Origin: Mytilus californianus
Taxonomy: Eukaryota
Length of the DNA stretch: 64,000 nucleotides
Direction of reading: 5' to 3'
NCBI RefSeq assembly: GCF_021869535.1
Contig: NW_026262679.1
Span: 19,220,001-19,284,000, forward strand
Of this stretch, positions 10,506 to 22,454 are shown in pieces. A program made the position numbers and the translations under genes. Each line of letters starts with the position of its first letter. The first letter of the stretch is position 1. Under the pieces are notes generated by a model. It searched no databases. It had not been told where the DNA came from and worked only from the letters and a program-made list of their open reading frames with translations.

Positions 10506-12993
10506 AAAATTATCTTTTTAAGTAGTCAAAAGTTGGAATTAAACAAAAATGTCCTTTTTACAAATGATATTTATGACTCCCAAACATTGTGTAAAAGTTT
10601 TGACTTTTTCAAACAAATTTTAAAAAGTTACATACAAAAGAAATAATTACTCCATAGAAATTAATGTTGTTCTTTTGTTTCTTTTGTTGTTCAGTATATA
10701 ATGTCGTGCTATATACTTGTCTTGCAGTCTTCTAAGATCAATTCATGGACCTTTTGATAATATGGAGTATTATCTGAAATTAGAAGTACGTGTGTCCAGT
10801 GACTGTAGTAATACCTTCTTATTTTTGTAACGAGAGTATATACACTTTTTTATACGTATAGCAACATAAGAGAGACGACCATTTAATTCTCATGGTTAAA
10901 AAAAAGGGGTGGGGTATTTGTGGATTTTTTTTCTTGGCTGGTGAAATATTCATTTTTCGTTTTACTAGTCCGGCTTTGTTTTGATAGCAGTAACCAACAT
11001 TGCTTTGAAACCTTCACCTACATGTTAGACCACATAGATTTTACAGTGTTTTCCAACGTTGGCAGTACGTGGTACTCTTCGAACATTTGGTATTGAATTT
11101 AATGAATATCCCTATCCGATTGAATGTGATTGCGTATAAAAGCAGATAAAAAGACGCCCTCCAGTCTTAGAATTGAAAATTCTTCCAGATAAGATAAGAA
11201 ATCTCAAAATTTTGCGAAGAAGAATTCATTGATTTTGAGCAATACTCTTAAACGATTGTCTTAGTGGTCTAAATGAATTGTTTTATTTAAGGTAGTAACT
11301 CACAGTTGCCATTCTGGTTGACATTATTGAATTCAGAAACATGCGAAAAGAGAGAACTGTAGTTAGAAATGAGAAAAACATTGGGTCAAAATTATTTTTG
11401 AGCCATTATATAACAGTTTGGTCATTCCCGAACCCATTATAAAAATAAGGAAATGTGGTATGATTGCCAATGAGACAACTATCCACCAGAGTTCAAATTC
11501 TGTTGCATGACTATTTTCCCAAATCGGTGAAAAACTTACTATGGCACTAATTTAATTTCCCTCAAGTTACCAGTAAATATATAGCGGTTATTTAAGTAAT
11601 CTCGCATCGCCAAAAACAAATGACACATGAAAAGCAAACGGTGAAGTTTTGGACAGCGGAAGCATGTTTTCTATATTGTTGTGATAAGATGTAATATTTG
11701 CCACTGAACGTTAAACGAAATTCAACATCACCGTCATCATTGTTCTGTTATGATTCGAACGCAAATGATGAATCTTATGTAGGATAAAACACATGTCTGG
11801 GGGACTATACGGAGATCGTCAGTCCAGTAGCATCTAGTCGAATAGTAGATATGAAGATTGTCAGTCCAGTAGCACCTAATCGGATAGTACATACATAAAA
11901 TAAGGAGCAGTAGTGTGATTGCCAATAAGACAACTACAAAAGAGTCCAGATATTAAAACTAATAATAAAAACTAAAGGTACACAGTTATATACGTCACGA
12001 ATGTGATACGAAAATGAACCCTGCTTTGTGTTGAAAATATATTGAATTTGTAAATCACTTGCAATGAAATCGCTTCAAGAACTATTTTCTATATTTCCAG
12101 ATTTGAAAGACGCATGTTGATATAGTACATCTTACTTTATCGAAAAGTTTTTGATTTGTTTTCGTGACTTTTAGCCAGAAAATACCTTTTTATGTATTAC
12201 ATTCCTTCAGTAAAAAGAGGCAGAAGTTACCAAAGAGATAGTCGACCTCATAAGTTGAATACAAGCTGATAGCGCCATGGTAAACACGAAAAATGATGAA
12301 CAGACCAAGAACTGTCTTCAAAACACAACATAGAAAAATAAATACTGAACAACACGAACCTCATCAAAATCCGGGGGTGATAACAGGTGCTCTATAAGGG
12401 TAGTCAGATCCTCCTCCACATGTGGCACCATCGTTTTGTACAAGTTCGATGAAAAGTCTCATTCGGAGATGTTGCATACAGAAGAATGAATCCTCTAAAG
12501 AATCCATCCTACTATTTGTTTTTTTATTCTTGTATACTTTTAAACTAAAGATAGTCATAGTCACCAAAATCTGTCAAGAGAGTCTTTTATTTTGTTAAAA
12601 AAACCCATTGCAATATCGATTTTTAATCAAATACAAAGGTAACGGCATGGTTAGTAACATTATCAACCTTTACGACAGACAAAACAGCTAATCTGAAAGG
12701 TACACCATCTACTTGCCACTATACATCATGTACTGTGTTACAACCCTTGATTAAGCTGAACTGGAACTAACAAAAGCTATGTTATGTAAAGCCTAGTCGA
12801 GTGGTCTATGGCGCTGGACACAGTGCAGGAGTTCGAATCCCGCTGAGGGAAGAACAAAAATTTACTAACATATTTCGGCTAAATTTGATATGAAGGATAT
12901 ATAAGTCATGGTGTTTGCCCTGTATAACCACGGGATGTCCGATGGAGAACGTCTTTCGTAAATTTGTCTCATGTTTAGAAGTATATATATATG

Positions 12994-13633
12994 AAACATT
13001 TTAATCTGTATAATTTGTCATTCTGCATTGTTTATTATACCGCGAAACTTTTTTTGTGTTTTTATTGTTTCGTTCAATTTGTTTGAAAGTGTTTGTTTGG
13101 TTTTATCAAAAAATTGAAATACTGAATAGACTTTTAGATCATTTCAAACAGATTAAGCGCATAAAGAAATACTTAACTAAATAATTCTATTAACAGAAAC
13201 TTTAATAACAAAAATATAGAAACGGATTAACAAAACATAAAACAAGTCCAATAGCGACTATTATAACATAACATTAACTATATTATATCACAGCTACTTT
13301 AATTCACAGTTACTTTGTATCACAGCTACTTTGTATCACAGTAAGTTTGAATCACAGCTTCTTTGTATCACATTTAGTTTATATCACAGCTACTTTGTAT
13401 CACAGTTAGTTTGCATCACAGCTACTTTGTATCACAGTTAGTTTATATCACAGCTACTTTGTATCACAGCTACTTTGTATCACAGTTACTTTGTATCACA
13501 CTTTGATGTATCACAGTTAGTTCGTATCACAGTTACCTGGCATCAAAGTTACTTTGTTGTATCATAGTTAAATTTGTCATATCACAGTAAGGTTGTTGTA
13601 TCACAACTTTTTATATAATATCACGGTTACTTT
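12994..13633 (-). repeat. Second orphan copy-4-type 3' flank with K-box satellite (13286-13633)
   Basis: Same breakpoint into a SINE (GGTTACTTT|GGTCTAGAG) as at 6540. Confidence 0.85.
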
Positions 13634-13790
13634 GGTCTAGAGAGCTGAAAATGAGGCTAAGCGATTGGTGCTGTAACTAGTGTATCAAAGGTGTCAGTTC
13701 AAATCCCGTTGAGGAACAAAAATTTGTAAGCATAAAAATCTAATTCTTAACACTGTTGGGTTTAATTTTCAGACTTATATATATATATAT

Positions 13791-14570
13791 TGTGGCATAC
13801 CATCTTTTCCACAAGTTTATTGTTTTCTGTTTGGCATTAAATTAATATTAAGATCCATTTTGTAAGATCTGGTGATCAATTTATTTGGCAATCGCCAATG
13901 GCAGTCAGCAGGGTTTAAGAACATCAGTTGTTCGACCTGTTAGTCAAATGCGTTTTGTTAAAATAGACTTTTTCACTTTTTTTGGTCTTTTGGAAATTGT
14001 TGTTTGTGCTGTATTTAGACCCCTTTATCAAGAAATTTGTTTTACATGCACACGTATAAAAATTGCGGTTTTTATCCAACGCAATCATAGGTTTGAACGT
14101 TTGCCTTCGGGTTTATATGATCCGTTCATCCTATTTCGACTCTTCAAAATTCAAGAGTCAATCCCAAATTGACGTAAATTATATGGCCTTCCAAATACCG
14201 TTTCGATTCCTAACATCACTGAAGAGACATTAATTGTCGAAATCCGGATATGGTGTACAAATTTTTGCACCTCATGTTTGCGGTATACCATCTTTTCCGC
14301 AAGTTTTTTGTTTTCTATTTGGTATTAGATTAAAATTAAGATCCATTTTGTTACATCTGTGATCCGTTTATTTGGCAATCGCTATGGCAGTCAGCAGGGT
14401 TTAAGATCATCCGTTGTTCGACCTGCTAGTCAAATGCGTTTTGTTAAAATATACTTTTTCACTTTTTTGGTCTTTCGGAAAATGTTGTTTGTGCTGTATT
14501 TAGACCCCTCTAACAAGAGATTTGTTTTGCATGTACACGTATAAAAATTGCGGTTTTTATCCAACGCAAT
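13791..14570 (+). mobile_element. Non-LTR retrozyme-like tandem repeat
   Basis: Copy of 6696-7475 at offset 7095. Confidence 0.8.
14213..14256 (+). ncRNA. Type I hammerhead ribozyme, intact core
   Basis: Identical to 7118-7161. Confidence 0.85.
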
Positions 14571-15227
14571 ATTATATATAATAAGCAAGTCTAAAAGGGT
14601 ACATCTCCAAAAAAATAGTAAAATCATGAACAAATATCAAATATTTCGGATAACTAATATCTTTCATCAGTAAGATGTCAAATGATTCTTTTCTTGACAT
14701 GTGGTAGTCGAACTGAAATAATAATCTTGAACGTCATACAAATTATCACAAATCAATACGCTGGTAATTTTTTTCAATATTGATGTTTGGATGGAGGAAT
14801 AAATTCCTTAATACTATGAGAGTCCTGTACTGAAGCCTGAGTTACAGGAAACAAGTGATGGTAGGGATTCATTTTATGTTTTTTGTTATTTATCGTTGGC
14901 TATTATATATGTGTGTGTGTGTGTGTGTGACATTTTAATCTGTATAATTGGTCATTCTGCGTTGTTTATCATACCGCGAAACTTTGGCCCTTTTTTTTTT
15001 GTTTCGTTCAATTTGTTTGTAAGTGTTTGTTTGGTTCTATCAAAAATAAAAGAAAGACTGAATCAGACTTTCAGATCATTTCAAACAAATAAGGCCCATA
15101 AAGAAATACTGAACTAAAAAATTCTATTTATAGAAACTTTAATAACAAAAATATAGAAACGGATTAACAAAACATAAACTGTAATAAAACAAGTCAATAG
15201 CGACTATTATAACACAACATTAAATCA

Positions 15228-15759
15228 TATCACAGCTATTTTGTATCACAGTTTGTTGTATCAGTTACCATGTTGTATCACAGTTAGTTGAATCACAGTT
15301 AGTTGTATCACAGTTAGTTGTATCACAGTTACTTTGTATCACAGTTTGTTGTATCACAGTTAGTTGTATCACAGTTACTTTGTATCACAGTTACCTTGTA
15401 TCACCTTGTATCACAGGTACCTTGCATTACAGTTACTTTGTTGTATCATAGTTAAATTTAACATAGTCACAGTAAGGTTGTTGTATCACAATTATTTATT
15501 TAATATCACAGTTACTTTGTATCACCTTGTATCACAGGTACCTTGCATTACAGTTACTTTGTTGTATCATAGTTAAATTTAACATATCACAGTAAGGTTG
15601 TTGTATCACAATTATTTATTTAATATCACAGTTACTTTGTATCACCTTGTATCACAGGTACCTTGCATTACAGTTACTTTGTTGTATCATAGTTAAATTT
15701 AACATATCACAGTAAGGTTGTTGTATTACAATTATTTATTTAATATCACAGTTACTTTG
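15228..15759 (-). repeat. Expanded K-box satellite in the cdc25 copy 3 3' flank, with a ~120-bp higher-order triplication
   Basis: 17 perfect TATCACAG counted by eye; TCACCTTGTATCACAGGTACC recurs at 15401, 15522 and 15642. Confidence 0.9.
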
Positions 15760-15856
15760 ATCTATAGCACTATATTAGCTTTCCGTAAAATGTTTTCTTT
15801 TGAGTAGTACTACCATAAGAAACATTTTCAATCACTTTTCATAAAAAAAGTTCATA

Positions 15857-16630
15857 TTACAAGCGTATGGATCTTTTTGCATGTCGCCGTTTTTCTCCAG
15901 CGGTCCAAGACTTTGACTTTGCCCGGAAATGACGTAAATCGGACGAGTGTTCATAATGGATCATTGGTTTGTAATTAATTGGATCGCAATACATCGACTT
16001 TTCGTTGAAAAAAGATTTGTATCCTTCATCCAGTAAATATACTTCTGGGTAGTTCAAGGCAGGATAGTTTTCTTTATTCAATTCACGATCTTTACTTCTC
16101 AGGAATCGCATCATCTTTGGGCCTCGTTCTGATGAAAACTCACAGTGAAAAACAAGAATTTGCTTCTCTGCAGTCGACTGTTGAAGAAGTTCCAAGATGG
16201 ATGCATGTAAATACCTGTTTTCGGCACCTTCGATGTGACCTCCTTCGAATTCATACGGGTATCTGCAGTCGATGATTCGATAACTATTGATGACGTTTTT
16301 GTATCTACCGTCAATGACATCAGAAAGTGTCTGTGGAGAGATGCTTTTCAGATCCTGGTGTTTTCCTGCAACTGATGGAAGCGAGTAGGTTCTGCTGCAA
16401 TCAGCAATTAAGTCTTCATTCAGTGTAAGTTTGTTGACGACAGTCTTTAAATCTCTGCAAGCTTTAACGGAATCACCCTGGTGATATTTTGTCAACGACC
16501 TCTTGGCACCAGGAGTCATAAAAGAAATAGTGTCTGCCTTTGGTTTTGTTGCTTTGAATTCAAAGGGTTCCATGTCACTAATCATCTGGTAACATTCGTC
16601 ATCGTCCTGAAATAGTTGTTTAGGGAGCAT
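15857..16630 (-). CDS. cdc25: Cdc25 phosphatase, intronless short form (257 aa), copy 3
   Basis: Same motifs; one residue differs from copy 1 (PFGF>PFEF). Confidence 0.97.
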   Translation of the reverse strand: MLPKQLFQDDDECYQMISDMEPFEFKATKPKADTISFMTPGAKRSLTKYHQGDSVKACRDLKTVVNKLTLNEDLIADCSRTYSLPSVAGKHQDLKSISPQTLSDVIDGRYKNVINSYRIIDCRYPYEFEGGHIEGAENRYLHASILELLQQSTAEKQILVFHCEFSSERGPKMMRFLRSKDRELNKENYPALNYPEVYLLDEGYKSFFNEKSMYCDPINYKPMIHYEHSSDLRHFRAKSKSWTAGEKRRHAKRSIRL

Positions 16631-17564
16631 TATTGTTGTGGTAGTTTACTTCACAAAAGTCGTGATTGAATTTGACTTTTTAAGGTAAAGCACGAATATT
16701 TATGGAGAACGGACATTTTGACAAATCACAATTTCAAAGAACCGTGTTCACTTCATTACTCAGATCATTTCAGAATTAATCACTCGTTGTCTTTTGACCA
16801 TAGCTTTGACCTCTGATTAACCTTGTCAAAGATGAAAGCGCGGCTTATCATGGTTTGTCAAGATTTTTAATTAAAGTATAAGGCAATTAAGTTCAATGTT
16901 CAGCAGAAACGATGATATATTTAATGTCTGAAAAAAGTTCACTTAATTAATGATACTTTTGTGTAATAATGAAAGACTAATTCAGTTTTTATATATGAAA
17001 TATTCCCATACAATTTTTTTTTTATTAAAATGAATAAAGAAAATGAAAAGAAAATTTAAAATAAAAGAATAAATAATACAAAATAAAGTTGAAAAAAATA
17101 GCATAAATATAACTGCTATAAATAAAATAAAATAACACCATTTAAATAAAACTTGTTTTAAACCTTTATAGTAATACTTTTATTTATTTTTCAATTGTAG
17201 ATTCTTAAATACATAAATTGTTTATATATGTATATTCAACAACATAAATAATGGTCCACTTTTTTCCTTATACAGAAGTTTCATATTTTTTTGTTGTATG
17301 CAAAAAAACTAACTTTAGTATGTTTTAAGCGTATTAACCTGGAAATCAATTTATGGGTTTATAAACAAGTTTTCGTTTTAATGTCGACCTTCGTTGTGCT
17401 CGTCCAATTTAAAAAAAAAAGAGTTATAATTAGACAATTTCAAATTTGTCATTAGAACAAACTTCGATAAGAAACTAGGCATAATTTTACTTTTCTATTT
17501 TTTCAGGATTAAATTTACACCCGACATTTTCCTCTTTTCTTTTGTTTGTTTTAAATACATGTAT

Positions 17565-17888
17565 AAAAATAAGGAGATGTGGTGTGATTACCAATGAGAC
17601 AACCATCCACCAAAGTTCAAATGAAGTGGATGTAAGCAATTATAGGCAACCGTAGTGGCTTCCAACAACTGAGAAAAAACCCATACCGTATAGTCGGCTA
17701 TAAAAGGCCCTACATGAAAGAAGGTGAAACAATTCAAACGAGAAAACTAACGGCCTAATTTATAACAAAACTATTTACGAAAAACAAATATGACGGACAT
17801 GAACCAACGACAACCACTGAACTACAGGCTCCTGACTTGGGACAGGCACATAAAGAATGTGGCGGGGTTAAACATGTTTGTGAGCGCT
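17565..17888 (+). mobile_element. Interspersed repeat, homolog of 3049-3368
   Basis: Same family and position, more diverged than units 1 and 2. Confidence 0.75.
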
Positions 17889-19489
17889 CAAAATTATCCT
17901 TTTAAGTAGTCAAAAGTTGGAATTAAACAAAAATGTCCTTTTTACAAATGATATTTATGACTCCCAAACATTGTGTAAAAGTTTTGACTTTTTCAAACAA
18001 ATTTTAAAAAGTTACATACAAAAGAAATAATTACTCCATAGAAATTAATGTTGTTCTTTTGTTTCTTTTGTTGTTCAGTATATAATGTCGTGCTATATAC
18101 TTGTCTTGCAGTCTTCTAAGATTAATTCATGGACCTTTTGATAATATGGAGTATTATCTGAAATTAGAATCACGTGTGTCCAGTGACTGTAGTAATACCT
18201 TCTTATTTTTACAACGAGAGTATATACACTTTTTATACGTATAGCACATAAGAATGACGACCATTTAATTCTCATGGTTAATAAAAGGGGGTGGGGTATT
18301 TGTGGATTTTTTTTCTTGGCTGGTGAAATATTAATTTTTCCTTTTGCTAGTCCGGCTTTGTTTTGATAGCAGTAACCAACATTGCTTTGAAACCTTGACC
18401 TACATGTTAGACCACATAGATTTTACAGGGTTTTCCAACGTTGGCAGTACGTGGTACTCTCCGAACATTTGGTATTGAATTTAATGAGTATCCCTATCCG
18501 ATTGAATGTGATTGCGTATAAAAGCAGCTAAAAAGACGCCCTCCAGTTTTAGAATTGAAAATTCTTCCAGATAAGATAAGAAATCTCAAAATTTTGCGAA
18601 GTAGAATTCATTGATATTGGGCAGTACTTTTAAACGATTGTCATAGTGGTCTAAATGAATTGTTTTATTCAAGGAAGTAACTCACAGTTGCCATTCTGGT
18701 TGACAAACCATTATTGAATTCAGAAACATGCGAAAAAAGAGAACTGTAGTTAGAAATGAGAAAAACATTGGGTCAAAATTATTTTTGAGCGATTATATAA
18801 CAGCTTGGTCATTCCCGAACTCATTCATGATAAAAATAAGGAGATGTGGTATGATTGCCAATGAGACAACTATCCACCAGAGTTCAAATTATCCAAAATA
18901 TGAATACCCATAACTTATATTGCATGACTATTTTCCCAGATCGGTGAAAAACTTACTATGGCACTAATTTAATTTCCCTCAAGTTACCAGTATATATATA
19001 TAGCGGTTATTTAAGTAATCTCGCATCGCCAAAAACAAATGACACATGAAAAGAAAACGGTGAAGTTTGGGTTAGCAGAAGCATGTTTCTATATTGTCTT
19101 GATAAGTATGTAATATTTGCCACTGGACGTTAAACGAAATTCAACATCACCGTCATCATTTTTCTGTTATGATTCGAACGCAAATGATGAATCTTATGTA
19201 GGATAAAACACATGTCTGGGTGACTATACGGAGATCGTCAGTCCAGTAGCATCTAGTCGAATAGTAGATATGAAGATTATCAGTCCAGTAGCACCTAATC
19301 GGATAGTACATACATAAAATAAGGAGCAGTAGTGTGATTGCCAATAAGACACTTACACAAAAGTCAAAATGACAAAATTTATAATAAAAACTAATGGTAC
19401 ACAGCTCCCTCACAAGTAAAAACCCATAACTGTAAAATATTAAAGCATACTGATGTTTTTGGTGGAGACATTACCACGTGTTTAAAAAT

Positions 19490-20587
19490 AAATCGTCAGA
19501 GGTTCCGCGGAAACCTGTGTCTCGCCTGCGATTGCTGCTGTCAGTGTAAAAGTGTTATGTTGACCTAAAACGTGAGTCCATTTATCAGTAAAATACAGAA
19601 TAAAAAAAAAAATCAAACCTTTTCTTTAGATGCTATTTTGGCCTTGACGATGAGCTTTTATGCAAGTTTCATAACAATCCATGGAGGTTTACAAATTTAT
19701 CATGTACATAAAATTTAATCCCAGACTGTCTGTAAATGTTAACTGTAAAAAATGAAGTCCATCCTTCAGAAAAATACTACAAATGAAAAAAATATATTTT
19801 CAAAGGTTTGCTTCAGACATTATCTCTTAATCATTAAATAGCTACTGCCAAAGTTTCATAAAACTCTATGAAGGTTTGACAAAGTAATTGATGTGTAACA
19901 AACTTTAACCCCAGACTGTATCTACTTGTTAACTGTAAAAAAAACAAGTCCATTTTTCAGTAAAATACGGAAAACTGAAAATAAATATTTCCAAAATGTT
20001 GCTCTGGATACTATATTTTGGTTATAAACAAGCTTCAGTCCAAATTTCATAAATTTCCATGAAGCTTTGACAAAGTTATTGAAGACTAAAAAACTTTAAC
20101 CTCAGACTGAGTCTGAGTGTAAACTGTAAAAAAAGTCTATTTATCAGTAAAATACGATAAAATGAAAATAAATGTTTTCGAAATTTTGCTCTGGATACTG
20201 TCTTTTGGTCATAAACAAGCTTCTGTACAAATTTTATAAAACTCCATGAAGGTTTGACAAAGTTGTTGATGACTGAAAAACTTTAACCTCAGACAAAATC
20301 TGAAGTTAACTGTAAAAAAAACAAACAAAGTCCATTTATTATTAAAATACGGAAAAATGAAAATAGATATTTTCAAAATTTTGCCCTGGATACAGTAGTT
20401 TGGTCATAAACAAGCTTCTGTCCCAATTTCATAAAATTCCATGTAGGTTTGACAAAGTTATTGATGTCCAGAAAAACTTTAACCACAGACTGAACTTAAA
20501 TGTTGACGCCGCCGACACCGACGACAACGGAATCTAGGATCGCTTTGTCTCGCTTTTGCAAAATAAATTTCGCAGGCTCGACAAAAA
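19490..20587 (+). mobile_element. HINE-type (Helentron-associated) non-autonomous element with ~190-bp internal tandem repeats
   Basis: Subterminal inverted repeat GTCTCGCCTGCGA (19519) / TCGCAGGCTCGAC (20570); AACTGTAAAA recurs at 19741, 19931, 20122, 20308; GACGCC/GACACC microsatellite before a 3' hairpin. Confidence 0.65.
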
Positions 20588-21515
20588 TTGTTTCTGTTGA
20601 AGGGTTGTCTTAGAAACAGATATCTGCACGCGTTGTATTTTACCAACTATATAATAATTCTTCTTCGATCTAATTTAAACTATAAATAGAGGAAGATTTG
20701 GTATATACGTCACGAATGTGATACGAAAATGAACCCTGCTTTGTGTTGAAAATATATTGAATTTGTAAATCACTTGCAATGAATCGCTTCATGAATTATT
20801 TTCTATATTTCCAGATTTGAAAGACGCATGTTGATATAGTACATCTTACTTTATCGAAAAGTTTTTGATTTGTTTTCGTGACTTTTAGCCAGAAAATACC
20901 GTTTTATGTATTACATTCCATCTATAAAAAAAAGGCAGAAGTTACCAAAGAGATAGTCGACCTCATAAGTCGAATACAAGCTGATAGCGCCATGGTAAAC
21001 ACGAAAAATGATGAAAAGACCAACAACTGTCTTCAAAACACAACATAGAAAAATAAATTCTGAACAACACGAACCTCATCAAAATCCGGAGGTGATCACA
21101 GGTGCTCTATAAGGGTAGTCAGATCCTTCTCCACATGTGGCACCATCGTTTTGCACATGTAAGTACAAGTTCGATGAAAAGTCTCATTCTGAGATGTTGC
21201 ATACAGAAGAATGAATCCTCTAAAGCATCCATCCTACTATTTGTTTTTTAGTCTTGCATACTTTTAAACTAAAGATAGTCATAGTCACCAAAATCTTTCA
21301 AGAGAGTCTTTTATTTTTTTTAAAAAAAAACATTGTATTATCGATTTTTAATCAAATACAAAGGTAACGGCATGGTTAGTAACATTATCAACCTTTACGT
21401 CAGACAAAACAGCTAATCTGAAAGGTACACCATCTACTTGCCACTATACATCATGTACTGTGTTACAACCCTTGATTAAGCTGAACAGGAACTATCAAAA
21501 GCTATGTCATGTAAA

Positions 21516-21635
21516 GCCGAGTCGAGTGGTCTATGGCGCTGGACACAGTGCAGGCAGTGATGTCACAGAAGCAGGAGTTCGAATCCCGCTGAGGGAAGAA
21601 CAAAAATTTGCTAACATATTTCGGCTAAATTTGAT
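21516..21635 (+). mobile_element. tRNA-derived SINE head
   Basis: A box TGGTCTATGGCGCTGG and B box GAGTTCGAATCCC. Confidence 0.7.
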
Positions 21636-22035
21636 ATGAAGGATATATAAGTCATGGTGTTTGCCCTGTATAACCACGGGTTGTCCGATGGAGAACGTCT
21701 TTCGTAAATTTGTCTCATGTTTAGAAGTATATATATATATATGAAACATTTTAATCTGTATAATTTGTCATTCTGCATTGTTTATTATACCGCGAAACCT
21801 TTTTGTGTTTTTATTGTTTCGTTCAATTTGTTTGAAAGTGTTTGTTTGGTTTTATTAAAAAATTGAAATACTGAATCAGACTTTTAGATCATTTTAAACA
21901 GATTAAGCGCATAAAGAAATACTTAACTAAATAATTCTATTAACAGAAACTTTAATAACAAAAATATAGAAACGGATTAACAAAACATAAAACAAGTCCA
22001 ATAGCGACTATTATAGCATAACATTAACTATATTA

Positions 22036-22367
22036 TATCACAGTTACTTTATATCACAGTTACTTTGTATCACAGCTACTTTGTATCACAGTAAGTTTGT
22101 ATCACAGCTACTTTGTATCACAGTTAGTTTATATCACAGCTACTTTGTATCACAGTTAGTTTGCATCACAGCTACTTTGTATCACAGTTAGTTTATATCA
22201 CAGCTACTTTGTATCACAGTTACTTTGTATCACACTTTGATGCATCACAGTTACTTTGTATCACAGTTACCTGGCATCAAAGTTACTTTGTTGTATGATA
22301 GTTAAATTTGTCATATCACAGTAAGGTTGTTGTATCACAACTTTTTATATAATATCAAAGTTACTTT
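22036..22367 (-). repeat. K-box satellite in the cdc25 copy 4 3' flank
   Basis: 13 perfect TATCACAG counted by eye plus several 7-mers; unit mostly TATCACAG(C/T)TACTTTG. Confidence 0.9.
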
Positions 22368-22454
22368 ATGGCACTATATTAGCTTTCAATATTTTCTTCT
22401 GAGTAGCACTATCACAAGAAATATATTCAATAACTTTTCATAAGAAAGTTCATA

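Noticed and set aside
22036-22367. Satellite as a miR-2 gene cluster on the plus strand
   Set aside because: Units resemble mature miR-2 nt 1-16, but there is no complementary arm to form a pre-miRNA hairpin and the unit is shorter than a mature miRNA. A target array on the cdc25 strand fits better.
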